Positions 47,484 through 58,738 are shown, counted from the stretch's first letter. The stretch is DNA of 64,000 bases from an uncultured Bacillota bacterium (GCA_946495675.1 CAMMDQ010000003.1:453-64452); one strand, 5' to 3'. Program-made: numbers and translations. Notes: a model not told the origin generated them from the letters alone.

Positions 47484-48572
47484 TTAAACATTAAATCTAA
47501 ATAAAATCACATCACCATCATTGACAACATAATCTTTACCTTCCATTCGGACCTTTCCTTTTTCCTTAGCTTTGACAAACGAGCCTGCTTCAACAAGGTC
47601 GCTGTATGAAACAACTTCAGCTTTAATAAAACCTTTTTCAAAGTCTGAATGGATTTTTCCTGCTGCTTGAGGTGCCTTGGTGCCTTTTTTGATCGTCCAA
47701 GCCCGCACTTCTTTTTCGCCTGCTGTCAAATAGCTCATAAGCCCCAAAAGGTCATAACTTGCAACAACAAGTTTTTCAAGCCCGCTTTGATTGATGCCGA
47801 GTTCTTGTTTGTAAAATTCTCGTTCTTCTTTTGGCAAACTTACAATTTCTTCTTCTATTTTTGCGCACAAACTTATGCATTTTGCATGGTCTTTGTTTGC
47901 AAACTGCTGCACTTGTTTGACAAAGTCGTTTTCTTTGCCAATATCATTTTCGCCAATATTTGCCACATAAATCACAGGTTTTGCCGTCAAAAGTTGCAAA
48001 TTTTTTAAAATGGTAAGATCTTCTTCATCGACCTCAACCGATCTTGCTGGAAGGTTGTTTTCAAGAGCAGCTTTGATTTTTCTCATAAGTTCAACGCTTG
48101 CAACCAAAGTTTTGTCGCCAGTTTTTATAAGTTTTTGGTCTCTTTCAAGTTTTTTAGACACCTGCTCAAGGTCGGCAAGAGCAAGTTCCAAATTGATCAC
48201 TTCAATGTCTCGCAGTGGATCGACAGAGCCACTTACATGAATAATCTTTTCATTTTCAAAACATCTTACAACATGCACGACGGCATCAACTTCACGAATA
48301 TGACTTAAAAATTTGTTGCCCAATCCTTCGCCGTGGCTGGCCCCGGCAACAAGTCCTGCGATATCAACAAATTCTATTGATGCAGGAGTGATTTTTTGAG
48401 TGTTATACATTTTTCCAAGCACTTGCAAACGCTGGTCTGGCACATCTACAACACCAATGTTTGGTTCGATTGTGCAAAAAGGGTAGTTGGCACTTTCAGC
48501 GCCAGCTTCAGTGATTGCATTAAATAGGGTGCTTTTGCCAACATTAGGCAGTCCTACAACTCCAATTTTCAT
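47484..48572 (-). CDS. ychF: ribosome-binding ATPase YchF
   Basis: GVVGLPNVGKSTLFNA P-loop and a C-terminal TGS-like GFIKAEV domain. 362 aa. Confidence 0.95.
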   Translation of the reverse strand: MKIGVVGLPNVGKSTLFNAITEAGAESANYPFCTIEPNIGVVDVPDQRLQVLGKMYNTQKITPASIEFVDIAGLVAGASHGEGLGNKFLSHIREVDAVVHVVRCFENEKIIHVSGSVDPLRDIEVINLELALADLEQVSKKLERDQKLIKTGDKTLVASVELMRKIKAALENNLPARSVEVDEEDLTILKNLQLLTAKPVIYVANIGENDIGKENDFVKQVQQFANKDHAKCISLCAKIEEEIVSLPKEEREFYKQELGINQSGLEKLVVASYDLLGLMSYLTAGEKEVRAWTIKKGTKAPQAAGKIHSDFEKGFIKAEVVSYSDLVEAGSFVKAKEKGKVRMEGKDYVVNDGDVILFRFNV

Positions 48573-48668
48573 ATTTTTTCCTTTTTTTTTAGTTTAGTGA
48601 GCTAGAGTTTAGCAATAAGCTAAATTGATCTTAAAAGATAAAGTGCATTTTTGCAATGCACTTTCTTT

Positions 48669-51600
48669 TTAAGAAATTTTTTCATCATCTTGTTCTTGTT
48701 GAGCTGTGTTTTCAATTTCTGCAGGAGCAATCTCAGGTTCAACAATTTTGTTCGCTTTTGGTTTGTTTTTTCTTGAAAAGTAAAATCTTGCTGATTTTCT
48801 GATTTTTCTGCCATTTTTGCGTTTTTCCAGTTTTTCTTTTTTCTGAGTTTTGTCTTTGTTTAGATCAATTTTCTGTTGACTTTGTTTAAGTTTGTCTTCA
48901 AAGGCAAATTTTATCTGATTTTCAACTTTGCTCCACATATTTTTAAGATTGCTATTAAATTTTCTATCAGCCTCTGAACCTGGCACAATCTTACCTTTCA
49001 TTTTGCGGTATTGTTTTGAATATTTTGAAAGCAGTTTTGACACGTTGTTGAGATTTGAATTTTGCAGCACATCATAAATTTCTTCAAGATCGGCTTTTCT
49101 AACTCCAAATTTGTCCAAAGTTTTGTCGTCGCCTTCCATGATTTTTGAAAGGCTTTCTGAGAAATTGTTATAAGCAAGTGCCGGTCCGTTTCCAAAATCC
49201 ACTTTTATGTTTTCAATAATTTTGAAAAACTTATCTTGCACTTGCTGGATCTGCATTTTTGCTTTTTCTTGAGCACCATATTTGGCATCTTGTTTTGAAA
49301 GCTCTTGCTCTTCAAGGTTGGTTTCAGCATTTCTTGCACCTTTTTTCACCTCTGCTTCAACAACTTGTGCAGAAAGAGTTTGTGCTCTTACAACAAAATC
49401 TCTGTTTGCTAAAAGTTTTATCTTGTCTTTGTCAGATTTGATTGCCTGAGAAAGCAATTCTAGATCTGCAGATGTTGGGGTATAGTTTAATTTTGCGGCT
49501 ATGTTTGCGTTTATTGCACGCGTTCTTAATTGAATTTGTTGTGCCAACGATTTATTTTCAATTTGTGCAGAAAGAGCAATTTCTTGAAGAGATTGTTGCA
49601 AATATTTTGCATCGTTAAGTTTTGAGCTTGGTGCTTTTTCATCCATTTTTCTCACAACTTGAAGTCTTGCTCCTGCTGGCAGTTGACTGATCAAATCTAT
49701 GATTTGCTGGTTCAAGCCAAGATCTTCGTTAATAAATCGATTTTGAACGAGGTTTGAGTAGGCATTGAGAGATGTTTGATCGCCAAACTTTTTATACTCT
49801 TTGATTGCTTCCATAGCGAAATCTTTGTTTTCTTGATTGATCACAAGTTTGTCAAGATTCTGCTTTGTCAACTCAGCTTCAATTTTGTTTTGAAGAGTGC
49901 CGCCGAGTTTGCTTTCATAAAGTTTTCGAATTAATCCTGCGCGCTGCAAATTATAAGAACTTAAAGTGACATTTCCCGATTTTGCAAATTTTTCAGCATC
50001 TTGCACTGATGCAATTTCTTCATAAACAAGTTTAAGCAGTGCGCTTTGCTCTTTTTGTGAAAGATTTTCTAATCGAGTTGTAAAAGCACCACCATTTTTT
50101 TGATCATACTCGTTTATTAAAGCCTCCAACTTTTCATTTATAATGGTTACTTTGCCATTTTTATTGAAAGTTGCAATTTTTTCAAACTTTTTGCCTTCGG
50201 CTTGACCGACGATTGCAGAAGAAGAATTTTTAGAATGTTGTATTCCGATCAAATCACCAAGATTTTCATAACTGATCTTTTGCTCCAAAGTTTTGTTGAA
50301 CGTTACTTGTGCATCCAATAGTTTTTTGTAATCTTTAAGTCTTGGATTATCATTGTAAAAATCTTCTGTGTTAGGGTAGTCGATTGTAATTTTGTTGATA
50401 AGTTCGTCAGTTTGCATTGAAGAAAGTTCTTTTTTGAGTCTTTTTTCATTTGCAACAAGTTTGTCATGATCTTGTTCTTGAGTTTTGTCGTTATAAAATT
50501 TTATATACTGACCTATAAAAGCTTCTTTTATGTGTTTTTCAATCACATCTGCAAAGTTTGTTTTATGTGTTGAATTGTTGTAACCTGCAAGTTTTCCAAA
50601 AGTTTCAATGCTGCAATAGCCTTTTGAATATTTTGCGAAAGAATTTTCTGGCAAATAAATATTGTTTGAATCTTTAGGTGAAATATAAGCAGTCAAAATT
50701 TCCTGCATAATTTTTGAATCTTTGATTGCTTTATGCAGATTTAAATATTCTTTTGATAAATTGTTTGGGATAATACCCGATCGTAAATCATTTAAAGTTT
50801 TGTCTGCATTAGAAGATAAATTTGCCAAATTTTGAAATGTGTTTTGCAGGCTGTTTTGATCTTTTGAAAGATTTTCGCAATCTCCAAACAGCATTGCATC
50901 ATACAATTTATCAGTTAATGTTGAGAAATTATTTGCTAATTGTGAAGAGTTTAAAGAGGTTGCTTTTTGTTGAATTTGTGCAAAAGTTTCAATTTTGTCA
51001 AGCTTTTCAAGCTTTTCTTCCGCTTTAAAAATCTCTTTGTGTGTTGTGGCCATCTGTTTGTCTATTTTTGCAGATTGATATTTGAAATTTGCTTCAGCCA
51101 AAGCTTGAATATCTTTATGCATTGAGCCGGTCAGTCTGTCCATAAGCAACTGTGAGTCTGATTGATAAAGGCATTTTTGTGCAAACAAATCACCATACTT
51201 TGAGAGCAAATCTATTTGTCTGTCTTTGCTTGACTCATATGAAAATAAAGATTGCACTGCAGAGTTTTTATTGCTAAAAATAAAATTTTGAACCTTTTCA
51301 TGTGCTGATTGAAGCTGAGCAGTTGCAGCATAAGATTTTGTGCAACTTTGAGCAAATTGTTTTACTGCTTTTATATCTGCCTTGCCACTTTGGTCTCTGA
51401 ACAGATTTTGTTTGATCTGTTGAACTTTATTTTGTCGCAATAAAGGGAGATTTTTTTCAACAAAATTGTTTAATGAAATACCTTTTCCCAAATTTTGCGA
51501 TTTATTTTCTCTTGCTGCAGTTTGAGCAAATTCAGTTTTCAATTTGTTTTTCTGAGCATCGTTTACAAATCCAAAATGTTTGTCAATTAAAGAGTCCATT

Positions 51601-53669
51601 TTCGTGCTGATGTTTTCGCTAGTGTTTGTTTGAAAATCTTCAGCAAATTCCATCTTGATTCTTTCGTCAAGATTTGGGAACAATCTATTCACCACAGAAG
51701 TTTCAATTCTGTCCAAATTATTTCTTGCAGCAGAAAATTCCTTAGAAGACACATTTTGAGTCTTCAAACTTTCAACGAGCTCAGCTTGATTGATCCAGTT
51801 TTGCAGTTGAGTGGCAGCCAAATGTTGTTCATTGCCATGGTCTTGGTCAAAAAAGGCTGGTTGTGATAAAATTTGCTCGAGCTTTGCTCTATCTCCCTCT
51901 GGTTTTGAAGCGAGATATTCGTTAAAAAGCCTTTGCCTGTCTTTCCATGTTGATGCCATTTCAATTTCAGCAAATTTGTCAAAATCTTCGGCATTTGGTC
52001 TTTGTTGCAAAGTTTGTTGGTAGCGTTGTGCAAGATTGACACTTTCTGGAGCAATGCCATATTGTCCGTAGTAATCTAAAAACTTTGAAGTAAAATCGTT
52101 TGTAGAAGAGTTTTGGATCAAGCTCTGCACTTCTGTAAAATTTTCATTTGTCTTTTCCAGCGCTTTTGAATATTCTTTGTCAATTTCTCTAAATTGAGTG
52201 TATTTATTGCTTTTTAGTTTAAGCGCTATCTTTCTTGCAGATCTGCTGAATTCTACTGAATTAATGCTAATCAGCACTGCACTTGTAACCATTGCAATTA
52301 AACCAACAATCAAAAGAGGAGCAAAGCCAGTAATAGCGCTAGCAAACAGTGAGAATCCTGCTAAAAGAGGCATTGCCGTCTCACCCAAGAAAGAGGTGTC
52401 AAGTTTTTTCTTTCCACCTGGGATGGTTATTTTCACGGTTCCTTCCTGAGACTTTTCTGATGGCGTCTGAGCCTTTGCATTTTCGCTTTTTGTCTGACTT
52501 TTTTGCGATGCTGCAGCTGCTTGTGGCTTATCTTGGCTTTTTAAATCATTTTCTTGTTCGGAAGGTTGTTTTATCAAATTTTCTGAAAGCCGAGAAGCCG
52601 CTTTTGGTGTTTTGTCTTTTTCGAAAGCAGTTGAAGTTTGTGATTTTGATTCTTTTAAAGTTATGTTTTTTGGTCGTAAGTCAAAAGTATATTTCTCAGA
52701 GGCAGTTGAATCTTTTTTTTCTGCAAGCAAACCATAAACAGTTTCCACCATTCCTTCACTTTGAGCTTTTGTTGAAGGCGAAGATATGTCCCCAAAATAG
52801 TTTTCAAAAGATGTTATAAATTTGCGGAATTGATTTTCATCTTTTGGCAGTTCAAGTCGCACAGGCAAAGATTTTTTGCCAGTTTCGACAAGAATAAAAG
52901 GAGTGTTGTTGGACACAAACAGTGAAGTTTTCTGAATTTTTTTCAAACTTCCGTTATGATAAATATATGGGACATTTTTGTTTTTGACAAAACAATATTT
53001 AGTTCCGTTCAAATTGTAACTTATCAACTGAGGATCGCCATCTTCAGGCTTTACAACAGAAAAATCTTGATTAGATTCTGTTATTTTTTTTGATTGAGAA
53101 AGGGTGAAGTATTCTCCCCACAAAAATGATGGGATTTTTGTTGCAGAAACATTTTCAACCCTGTCAAAAGTGGTGTCAATAAGGTTTTCAAAAAATTCTG
53201 TTGACAGAGTAAAATTGTTTGTTGCTCTGTCTTGGCTTGTCCCAAGTTTATCAGCACTTAAAGTGCTTGTATAGGTTTTCTCATCATGTTCGATGGTGAT
53301 GCCAAGAGCTCCAACTTTTACAATGATAGGCTTTTTGTCTGCACTCTTTATAGAAAAAACAACCTCTTCGTTTGCTTTTTGAAAAATTGAAACGGCACCT
53401 TCATCTTCGCTGATGGTCAGATCTTTTTTTAAAGAATCTGGAAGTTCACTCTGATAAAAATCATCTCCAAAATTTAGAAACTCAAAAGCATTTTTGTCAA
53501 AATTGAAAATTAAATTGCCTGCGCTTTTGCTCAGCTTAGCAATGCTGCGATCGCCGGCTGAAATTTCAAATAAATTGTTTTTTTCTGATGTCATACCAAT
53601 AGATTGCTTATAGATGACATTTTGTTTTTTTATAGTGTTTATCACAGATGAGTGAGTTTGTTTTGCCAT
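48669..53669 (-). CDS. giant (1666 aa) membrane-anchored protein of unknown function
   Basis: GGAGG RBS 5 nt before the ATG at 53669. About 430-aa N-terminal region, S/Q/K/P-rich linker, two adjacent TM helices (nt ~52254..52376), then about 1150 aa of Q/N/K/E-rich helical sequence with a basic tail. Confidence 0.75.
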   Translation of the reverse strand: MAKQTHSSVINTIKKQNVIYKQSIGMTSEKNNLFEISAGDRSIAKLSKSAGNLIFNFDKNAFEFLNFGDDFYQSELPDSLKKDLTISEDEGAVSIFQKANEEVVFSIKSADKKPIIVKVGALGITIEHDEKTYTSTLSADKLGTSQDRATNNFTLSTEFFENLIDTTFDRVENVSATKIPSFLWGEYFTLSQSKKITESNQDFSVVKPEDGDPQLISYNLNGTKYCFVKNKNVPYIYHNGSLKKIQKTSLFVSNNTPFILVETGKKSLPVRLELPKDENQFRKFITSFENYFGDISSPSTKAQSEGMVETVYGLLAEKKDSTASEKYTFDLRPKNITLKESKSQTSTAFEKDKTPKAASRLSENLIKQPSEQENDLKSQDKPQAAAASQKSQTKSENAKAQTPSEKSQEGTVKITIPGGKKKLDTSFLGETAMPLLAGFSLFASAITGFAPLLIVGLIAMVTSAVLISINSVEFSRSARKIALKLKSNKYTQFREIDKEYSKALEKTNENFTEVQSLIQNSSTNDFTSKFLDYYGQYGIAPESVNLAQRYQQTLQQRPNAEDFDKFAEIEMASTWKDRQRLFNEYLASKPEGDRAKLEQILSQPAFFDQDHGNEQHLAATQLQNWINQAELVESLKTQNVSSKEFSAARNNLDRIETSVVNRLFPNLDERIKMEFAEDFQTNTSENISTKMDSLIDKHFGFVNDAQKNKLKTEFAQTAARENKSQNLGKGISLNNFVEKNLPLLRQNKVQQIKQNLFRDQSGKADIKAVKQFAQSCTKSYAATAQLQSAHEKVQNFIFSNKNSAVQSLFSYESSKDRQIDLLSKYGDLFAQKCLYQSDSQLLMDRLTGSMHKDIQALAEANFKYQSAKIDKQMATTHKEIFKAEEKLEKLDKIETFAQIQQKATSLNSSQLANNFSTLTDKLYDAMLFGDCENLSKDQNSLQNTFQNLANLSSNADKTLNDLRSGIIPNNLSKEYLNLHKAIKDSKIMQEILTAYISPKDSNNIYLPENSFAKYSKGYCSIETFGKLAGYNNSTHKTNFADVIEKHIKEAFIGQYIKFYNDKTQEQDHDKLVANEKRLKKELSSMQTDELINKITIDYPNTEDFYNDNPRLKDYKKLLDAQVTFNKTLEQKISYENLGDLIGIQHSKNSSSAIVGQAEGKKFEKIATFNKNGKVTIINEKLEALINEYDQKNGGAFTTRLENLSQKEQSALLKLVYEEIASVQDAEKFAKSGNVTLSSYNLQRAGLIRKLYESKLGGTLQNKIEAELTKQNLDKLVINQENKDFAMEAIKEYKKFGDQTSLNAYSNLVQNRFINEDLGLNQQIIDLISQLPAGARLQVVRKMDEKAPSSKLNDAKYLQQSLQEIALSAQIENKSLAQQIQLRTRAINANIAAKLNYTPTSADLELLSQAIKSDKDKIKLLANRDFVVRAQTLSAQVVEAEVKKGARNAETNLEEQELSKQDAKYGAQEKAKMQIQQVQDKFFKIIENIKVDFGNGPALAYNNFSESLSKIMEGDDKTLDKFGVRKADLEEIYDVLQNSNLNNVSKLLSKYSKQYRKMKGKIVPGSEADRKFNSNLKNMWSKVENQIKFAFEDKLKQSQQKIDLNKDKTQKKEKLEKRKNGRKIRKSARFYFSRKNKPKANKIVEPEIAPAEIENTAQQEQDDEKIS

Positions 53670-53930
53670 TTGTTCCTCCAACAATGTTATACAATTTTAG
53701 TATAATATAAAATTATATATAAGTCAAGGTATTAACGAGTTTTTCACTTTTTAAAATGTTTGATTTTTCAGTTGATTCGAAGAAAGTTGATGACGAAAAA
53801 AAGTGTTATTTGATGAAAAAAATGAAAAAATTAATCAAAAAATTAAAAAGCAAACTCTCTGCCGTGTTTTTTCTTGAAAAATTTATTTTTTTTTGATAAA
53901 ATAATGCTGTAAAATGTTAAAGGAGAAAAA

Positions 53931-56666
53931 ATGGGACTTTTTGGAAGCGACCGAGCACAAATAAAAAAATTAAAAAAAATAGCAGACAAGGTTGTTGCGT
54001 TAGAAGAAAAATATAAATCATTTTCTAATGAGCAACTGCGTGGCTGTACAGAAGAGTTTAAAAACAGATACAAAACAGGCACTTCACTTAATGATTTATT
54101 GCCTGAAGCATTTGCTGTAATGCGTGAAGCAAGTGCGAGAGTTTTGAATATGCGTCATTTCTATGTGCAAATCTTGGGAGGAATTGCTTTGCATCAAGGC
54201 CGAATTGCAGAAATGGCAACAGGTGAAGGAAAGACCTTGGTGGCGACTTTACCGGCTTATCTTAATGCGATTTCAGGCAAAGGAGTTCATATTGTAACAG
54301 TCAATGAGTATCTTGCAAAGCGTGATGCTCAATGGATGGGAAAGGTATATAAATTTTTAGGGTTAACCGTAGGGGTAACGCTTAACGATCAAAATCCTGA
54401 GCAGAAAAAAGCTGCTTATAATTGTGATATAACCTATTGCACAAACAATGAACTTGGGTTTGATTATTTGCGTGATAATATGGTTACAAACAAAACGCAG
54501 CGAGTGCAAAGAGGTTTAAATTTTGCTATTGTGGATGAAGTGGACTCAATTTTGATTGATGAAGCCAGAACCCCGCTTATCATCAGCGGAAAGGGCGGCA
54601 AATCTAGTGAAGGATATGTTAAGGCTCAAAGATTTGCAAAAATGCTAAAAAAAGATGAAGATGTTGAAATTGATATTAAAACTAAACAAATTAATTTGAC
54701 TGAAAGCGGAATAGAAAAAGCAGAAAATTATTATAAAATCGAAAGTTTGTCTGATATTGAAAACCTTGAAACAAATCATTATATAAACAATGCTCTTAAG
54801 GCAAATTTCATTATGCATCGTGATGAAAATTATATTGTCAAAGACGGCGAAGTTATCATTGTTGACGAATTCACTGGACGTTTGTCGCCAGGTCGAAGAT
54901 TTAGCAGCGGACTTCATCAAGCCATTGAAGCAAAAGAGGGGGTGCAAGTCAAGGATGAAAATCAAACACTTGCAACGATAACCTTCCAAAACTTTTTTAG
55001 GCTTTACACAAAACTGTCTGGCATGACAGGAACTGCCAAAACTGAAGAAGGAGAGTTTCGAACAATTTATAATCTTGACGTTGTCACAATTCCGCCAAAT
55101 CTTCCGAAGAAAAGAATTGACGAGCCAGATATTTTGTATGTTTCTGAAAATGGTAAAATAAAAGCAATAATCGAAGAGATCAAAGCTTGTTCGCAAGTTG
55201 GCAGACCTGTGCTTGTTGGCACAATCAATATTGACAAAAGTGAACTTATTTCAAAGGCGCTTAAAGCTAGTGGGATTAAGCATCAAGTTTTAAACGCAAA
55301 AAATCATGAAAAAGAAAGTGAGATTGTTGCACAGGCAGGAAGAAAAGGTGCGATAACCATTGCCACCAACATGGCAGGTCGTGGAACCGATATTTTGTTG
55401 GGCGGCAATCCAGAGTTTATGGCTACAAAAAAAATGCGTGATAAAGGTTATAGCGAAGAGGAGATCTCTTATGCGACAGCTTTTAACACTATTAATGACG
55501 ATAAACTCAATCAAGCAAGAGAAATTTACAAAAAGTTTTATAATGAATTTAAAGCTGAGACCGACAAAGAAAAGGAAGAAGTGAAAGCTCTTGGTGGGCT
55601 TCATATCGTTGGCACTGAAAGACACGAATCAAGAAGAATTGACAATCAGCTGCGTGGTCGTGCCGGCAGACAAGGAGACCCTGGTTCAAGTGTATTTTTC
55701 CTTTCTTTTGAAGATGATTTGATAAGACGCTTTGGTGGGGATAAACTTAAAAGAGTTGCTGCAGTGTTTAGATTTGACGATTCAACCCCTATTCAGCTAA
55801 AGATTTTTTCAAAACAAGTTGAAAATGCACAAAAACGAATTGAACTTCAAAACTTTAGCCAGCGAAAGTCGGTTTTAAAATTTGACGATGTAATGAATGT
55901 GCAAAGAGAGATTATTTACAAACAACGCAACATGGTTATTGACGGCGAGCCAGTTCATGAACAAATTTACAACATGATACCAGATGTTGTGGCAAGAGCA
56001 GTAAATAATTGTGTGGATGACAATAAGCCTTTCTATGAGTGGGATTTAACAAAAATTAACAATGAACTTGAAAAAGGGCTTCTTCCAAAAGAAAGCAACA
56101 CCATTGATGAAACTTTTGTTGAAGGTTGCGATCAACAAGAATTTACCGATAAAGTTATCAAACTTGTTGAAGCTCGATATGATGCACAGCAAGAGCATGT
56201 CAAAGAAATGGGGTTTGATTTTGCTTCAGTTGAGCGGTTTGTGCTGCTGCGAATGGTTGATTTTAATTGGATAGGGCATATTGAAGACATGCAAATCATG
56301 AAAGATGAAATTCTTGCCCGTCAGTTTGGTCAACAAGATCCGGTGTTGGCGTATAAAAAGGAAGGATTCGACCTGTTTGATAAAATGATAGATCGAATTC
56401 GAGAGAATACGGTTAAAGTTTTAGTTAATACTAAAATTGAAGCTAAGCAGCCAGAGCAACCTGCCACACCACAGTATCAAGTTTATGTTACAGGCAAAGA
56501 ATTGACTGCTGAAGAAAAAGCTGCAAAGGCGGCAAAAGAAAAGCAAAGCCGAACAGTTCAAAAAACGGTTGTAAACGATAAGCCAAAGTTGAATCGCAAT
56601 GATTTATGCTATTGTGGCAGCGGAAAAAAATATAAAAACTGTTGTTGGGATAAAGATCACAATTAA
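53931..56666 (+). CDS. secA: preprotein translocase ATPase SecA
   Basis: DEAD-like motor (MATGEGKTLVA, DEVDSILIDEARTPLIISG) and C-terminal zinc motif CYCGSGKKYKNCC. Confidence 0.97.
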   Translation: MGLFGSDRAQIKKLKKIADKVVALEEKYKSFSNEQLRGCTEEFKNRYKTGTSLNDLLPEAFAVMREASARVLNMRHFYVQILGGIALHQGRIAEMATGEGKTLVATLPAYLNAISGKGVHIVTVNEYLAKRDAQWMGKVYKFLGLTVGVTLNDQNPEQKKAAYNCDITYCTNNELGFDYLRDNMVTNKTQRVQRGLNFAIVDEVDSILIDEARTPLIISGKGGKSSEGYVKAQRFAKMLKKDEDVEIDIKTKQINLTESGIEKAENYYKIESLSDIENLETNHYINNALKANFIMHRDENYIVKDGEVIIVDEFTGRLSPGRRFSSGLHQAIEAKEGVQVKDENQTLATITFQNFFRLYTKLSGMTGTAKTEEGEFRTIYNLDVVTIPPNLPKKRIDEPDILYVSENGKIKAIIEEIKACSQVGRPVLVGTINIDKSELISKALKASGIKHQVLNAKNHEKESEIVAQAGRKGAITIATNMAGRGTDILLGGNPEFMATKKMRDKGYSEEEISYATAFNTINDDKLNQAREIYKKFYNEFKAETDKEKEEVKALGGLHIVGTERHESRRIDNQLRGRAGRQGDPGSSVFFLSFEDDLIRRFGGDKLKRVAAVFRFDDSTPIQLKIFSKQVENAQKRIELQNFSQRKSVLKFDDVMNVQREIIYKQRNMVIDGEPVHEQIYNMIPDVVARAVNNCVDDNKPFYEWDLTKINNELEKGLLPKESNTIDETFVEGCDQQEFTDKVIKLVEARYDAQQEHVKEMGFDFASVERFVLLRMVDFNWIGHIEDMQIMKDEILARQFGQQDPVLAYKKEGFDLFDKMIDRIRENTVKVLVNTKIEAKQPEQPATPQYQVYVTGKELTAEEKAAKAAKEKQSRTVQKTVVNDKPKLNRNDLCYCGSGKKYKNCCWDKDHN

Positions 56667-56678
56667 AAGGGGGCAATT

Positions 56679-57284
56679 ATGGCGGAAGAGCAAGATAGAG
56701 CTGCTGCGAGAGAAAGAGCAAATTCTATACGCTTAAAAAGATTTGCTTTTGACCAGAGCTCAGAAGAATCCTATCAGCCAATGTATGTTGGCGGCGGAGT
56801 TTATGAAAACGAGCAGCAAGAGGCAGATCTAGAATCAGAAGGGCAAGAGGATGTCCAAGATATTGAACAAGCCCTGGCTGAGCTCTCAAACTATAGCGGC
56901 GAGACAACTTTGCAAACAAGTGAAGAGCAGGATTTTGAAAAACTCAAAGAAATTGAGAAAAAAAGAAAAACCAAGCGCATTCAGGCCTGTGCAGAGCAGT
57001 TTCTTGGATTGGGGGCAAAACTTAGGCCGATTGGAGAGTGCCCAGTTTGCGGAGAAAAATCTATATATTTTTCAACAAAAGTGACAGACAATCTTCTTGG
57101 AGCTGGTCTTTTGGCTGCAACGGGCAATTATATGATCACTTATTATTGCATGAACCCAAAATGCTCGGCAAGCTGGAAGAGTGGAAAGTGCAGAAGAAAA
57201 TTCAATGCAACGGCTGCAGATGCTGTGAAGTTTGACAAAAAAATGTCTGCAGAATGGAAACGAGTTTTCAGAATTGAGCGATAA
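56679..57284 (+). CDS. acidic N-terminus / zinc-ribbon protein, function unknown
   Basis: CPVCGEKS...CMNPKCSASW Cys4 pattern. Placed 12 nt after secA. Confidence 0.55.
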   Translation: MAEEQDRAAARERANSIRLKRFAFDQSSEESYQPMYVGGGVYENEQQEADLESEGQEDVQDIEQALAELSNYSGETTLQTSEEQDFEKLKEIEKKRKTKRIQACAEQFLGLGAKLRPIGECPVCGEKSIYFSTKVTDNLLGAGLLAATGNYMITYYCMNPKCSASWKSGKCRRKFNATAADAVKFDKKMSAEWKRVFRIER

Positions 57285-57302
57285 TTATATCGAACAAAAA
57301 AA

Positions 57303-57320
57303 CTGAGCGAGTTGCTCAGT
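57303..57320. terminator. bidirectional intrinsic terminator
   Basis: ctgagc-gagtt-gctcag hairpin between an A7 run and a T8 run. Serves the convergent 201-aa gene and rplL. Confidence 0.7.
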
Positions 57321-57348
57321 TTTTTTTAACACAATATTCTTATTTGAT

Positions 57349-57723
57349 TTATTTAAGTGTAACAGTTGCGCCAGCTTCTTTAAGTTTAGCTTCAAGTTCT
57401 TTAGCTTCGTTTGTAGGAACGTTTTCCTTAACAACTTTTGGAGCGCTTTCAACAAGAGCTTTTGCTTCGCCAAGACCAAGTCCAGTGATTTCTCTTACGA
57501 CTTTGATTACAGCGATTTTGTTTGCTCCGATTTCAGTAAGTTCAACATTGAATTCGCTCTTTTCTTCAGCAGCTGGAGCAGCACCAGCAGCTGGAGCAGC
57601 AGCTACTGCAACTGGAGCAGCAGCGCTTACGCCAAATGTTTCTTCGAGTTCTTTTACAAGTTCACTTACTTCAAGAACTGTCATAGATTTGATTTCTTCA
57701 ACTAATTTTTTAATATCAGCCAT
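57349..57723 (-). CDS. rplL: 50S ribosomal protein L7/L12
   Basis: [32 protein letters not shown], an Ala/Pro hinge and the C-terminal domain. The track extension to 57771 overlaps the rplJ end. Confidence 0.97.
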   Translation of the reverse strand: MADIKKLVEEIKSMTVLEVSELVKELEETFGVSAAAPVAVAAAPAAGAAPAAEEKSEFNVELTEIGANKIAVIKVVREITGLGLGEAKALVESAPKVVKENVPTNEAKELEAKLKEAGATVTLK

Positions 57724-57751
57724 TTTTATTTTCCTCCTTAAAATTATGCGA

Positions 57752-58267
57752 CTACTTTGATGCAATAGCATTCAAAGCGATTGTAAGCCCTTGAACAGGG
57801 GCATTGAGAACTCTTGCAAGAGCTGAAATAGGGCCATTGAGAGTTCCAAGCAGTTTTGCGACAAGAACTTCTTTTGAAGGAAGTTTTGCCAAAGCTTCAA
57901 TTTCCTTGCTTTCAACGAAGTTGCCGTTTAATAAACCAAATTTTACGGTTAATTTCTTTGTTTTTTCTGCAGTTTCGCAAACAATTTTTGCTCCGCTGAC
58001 TTCGTCATCATAACTGAAAGCAACCGCACTTGTGCCGTGTAAATATTTTTCGGCACCCTTGATTCCGAGTTCGTTGAGTGCAAGGAGCATAAGTCTGTTT
58101 TTATAGACTTTGTATTCTGCGCCGTTTTTCTTGAAATTTCTTCTCATTTCAGTGTCTTCGGCAACAGTAAGCTTATTGTAATCTACGAAAGTTACAGATT
58201 TTGCTTTTGAAAGCTTATCTTTGATTTCTTCGACAATCAGCTTTTTTGCTTCTAAATTAGCACTCAT
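57752..58267 (-). CDS. rplJ: 50S ribosomal protein L10
   Basis: Typical L10 sequence ([37 protein letters not shown]). Confidence 0.95.
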   Translation of the reverse strand: MSANLEAKKLIVEEIKDKLSKAKSVTFVDYNKLTVAEDTEMRRNFKKNGAEYKVYKNRLMLLALNELGIKGAEKYLHGTSAVAFSYDDEVSGAKIVCETAEKTKKLTVKFGLLNGNFVESKEIEALAKLPSKEVLVAKLLGTLNGPISALARVLNAPVQGLTIALNAIASK

Positions 58268-58440
58268 TGTTCTTTTCCTCCTTTTTTAGAATATTGTGTT
58301 ATAAAATAAAATCTCTACGCCTCAAGGAAAAAAGCGTAGAGATTATTGCTTAAAACTCACTTATAACTTTTTTCCTCGGCAAGCACGCTTATGCGTTTAT
58401 GTTTTCACACTTGCTGTCTTTGGATTTAGATTTTATTTCA
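58268..58440 (-). promoter_or_regulatory. rplJ leader (L10-leader-type attenuator) with its own consensus promoter just upstream (TTGACA 58475..58470, TATAAT 58452..58447)
   Basis: 173-nt leader containing the ATCTCTACGC...GCGTAGAGAT hairpin (58311..58343) followed by a T-rich tract on the minus strand. The position matches the L10 leader known in Firmicutes. Confidence 0.5.
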
Positions 58441-58738
58441 TTGTCTATTATAGCTATTATAATTGGTTTTGTCAACTGTTTTTTTTGAAATTAATAAAAT
58501 AGTTTAAATTTGATTTTAAATGATGCTAAAGTGGCGATAACTAGCATGGATAACAAAACTTCTGCAATCAAATTTTTGCAAAAAGTTGTTCTATAAATTT
58601 AATTTGTATAAATCTTACATTTTTGTTTCATTGTAAGTTTGGAGGGATGAAATGTTATTTTTAATTGTTGTAACACTATAAATTTATTTTGTCAATAGGT
58701 GCTTGAAAAGGGAAGAAAAAAGGACTAAATTTTAGTCC

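Noticed and set aside
57344-57760. 138-aa plus-strand ORF (Ala/Ser-rich)
   Set aside because: It is the antisense shadow of rplL, generated by its GCT/GCA-rich hinge.
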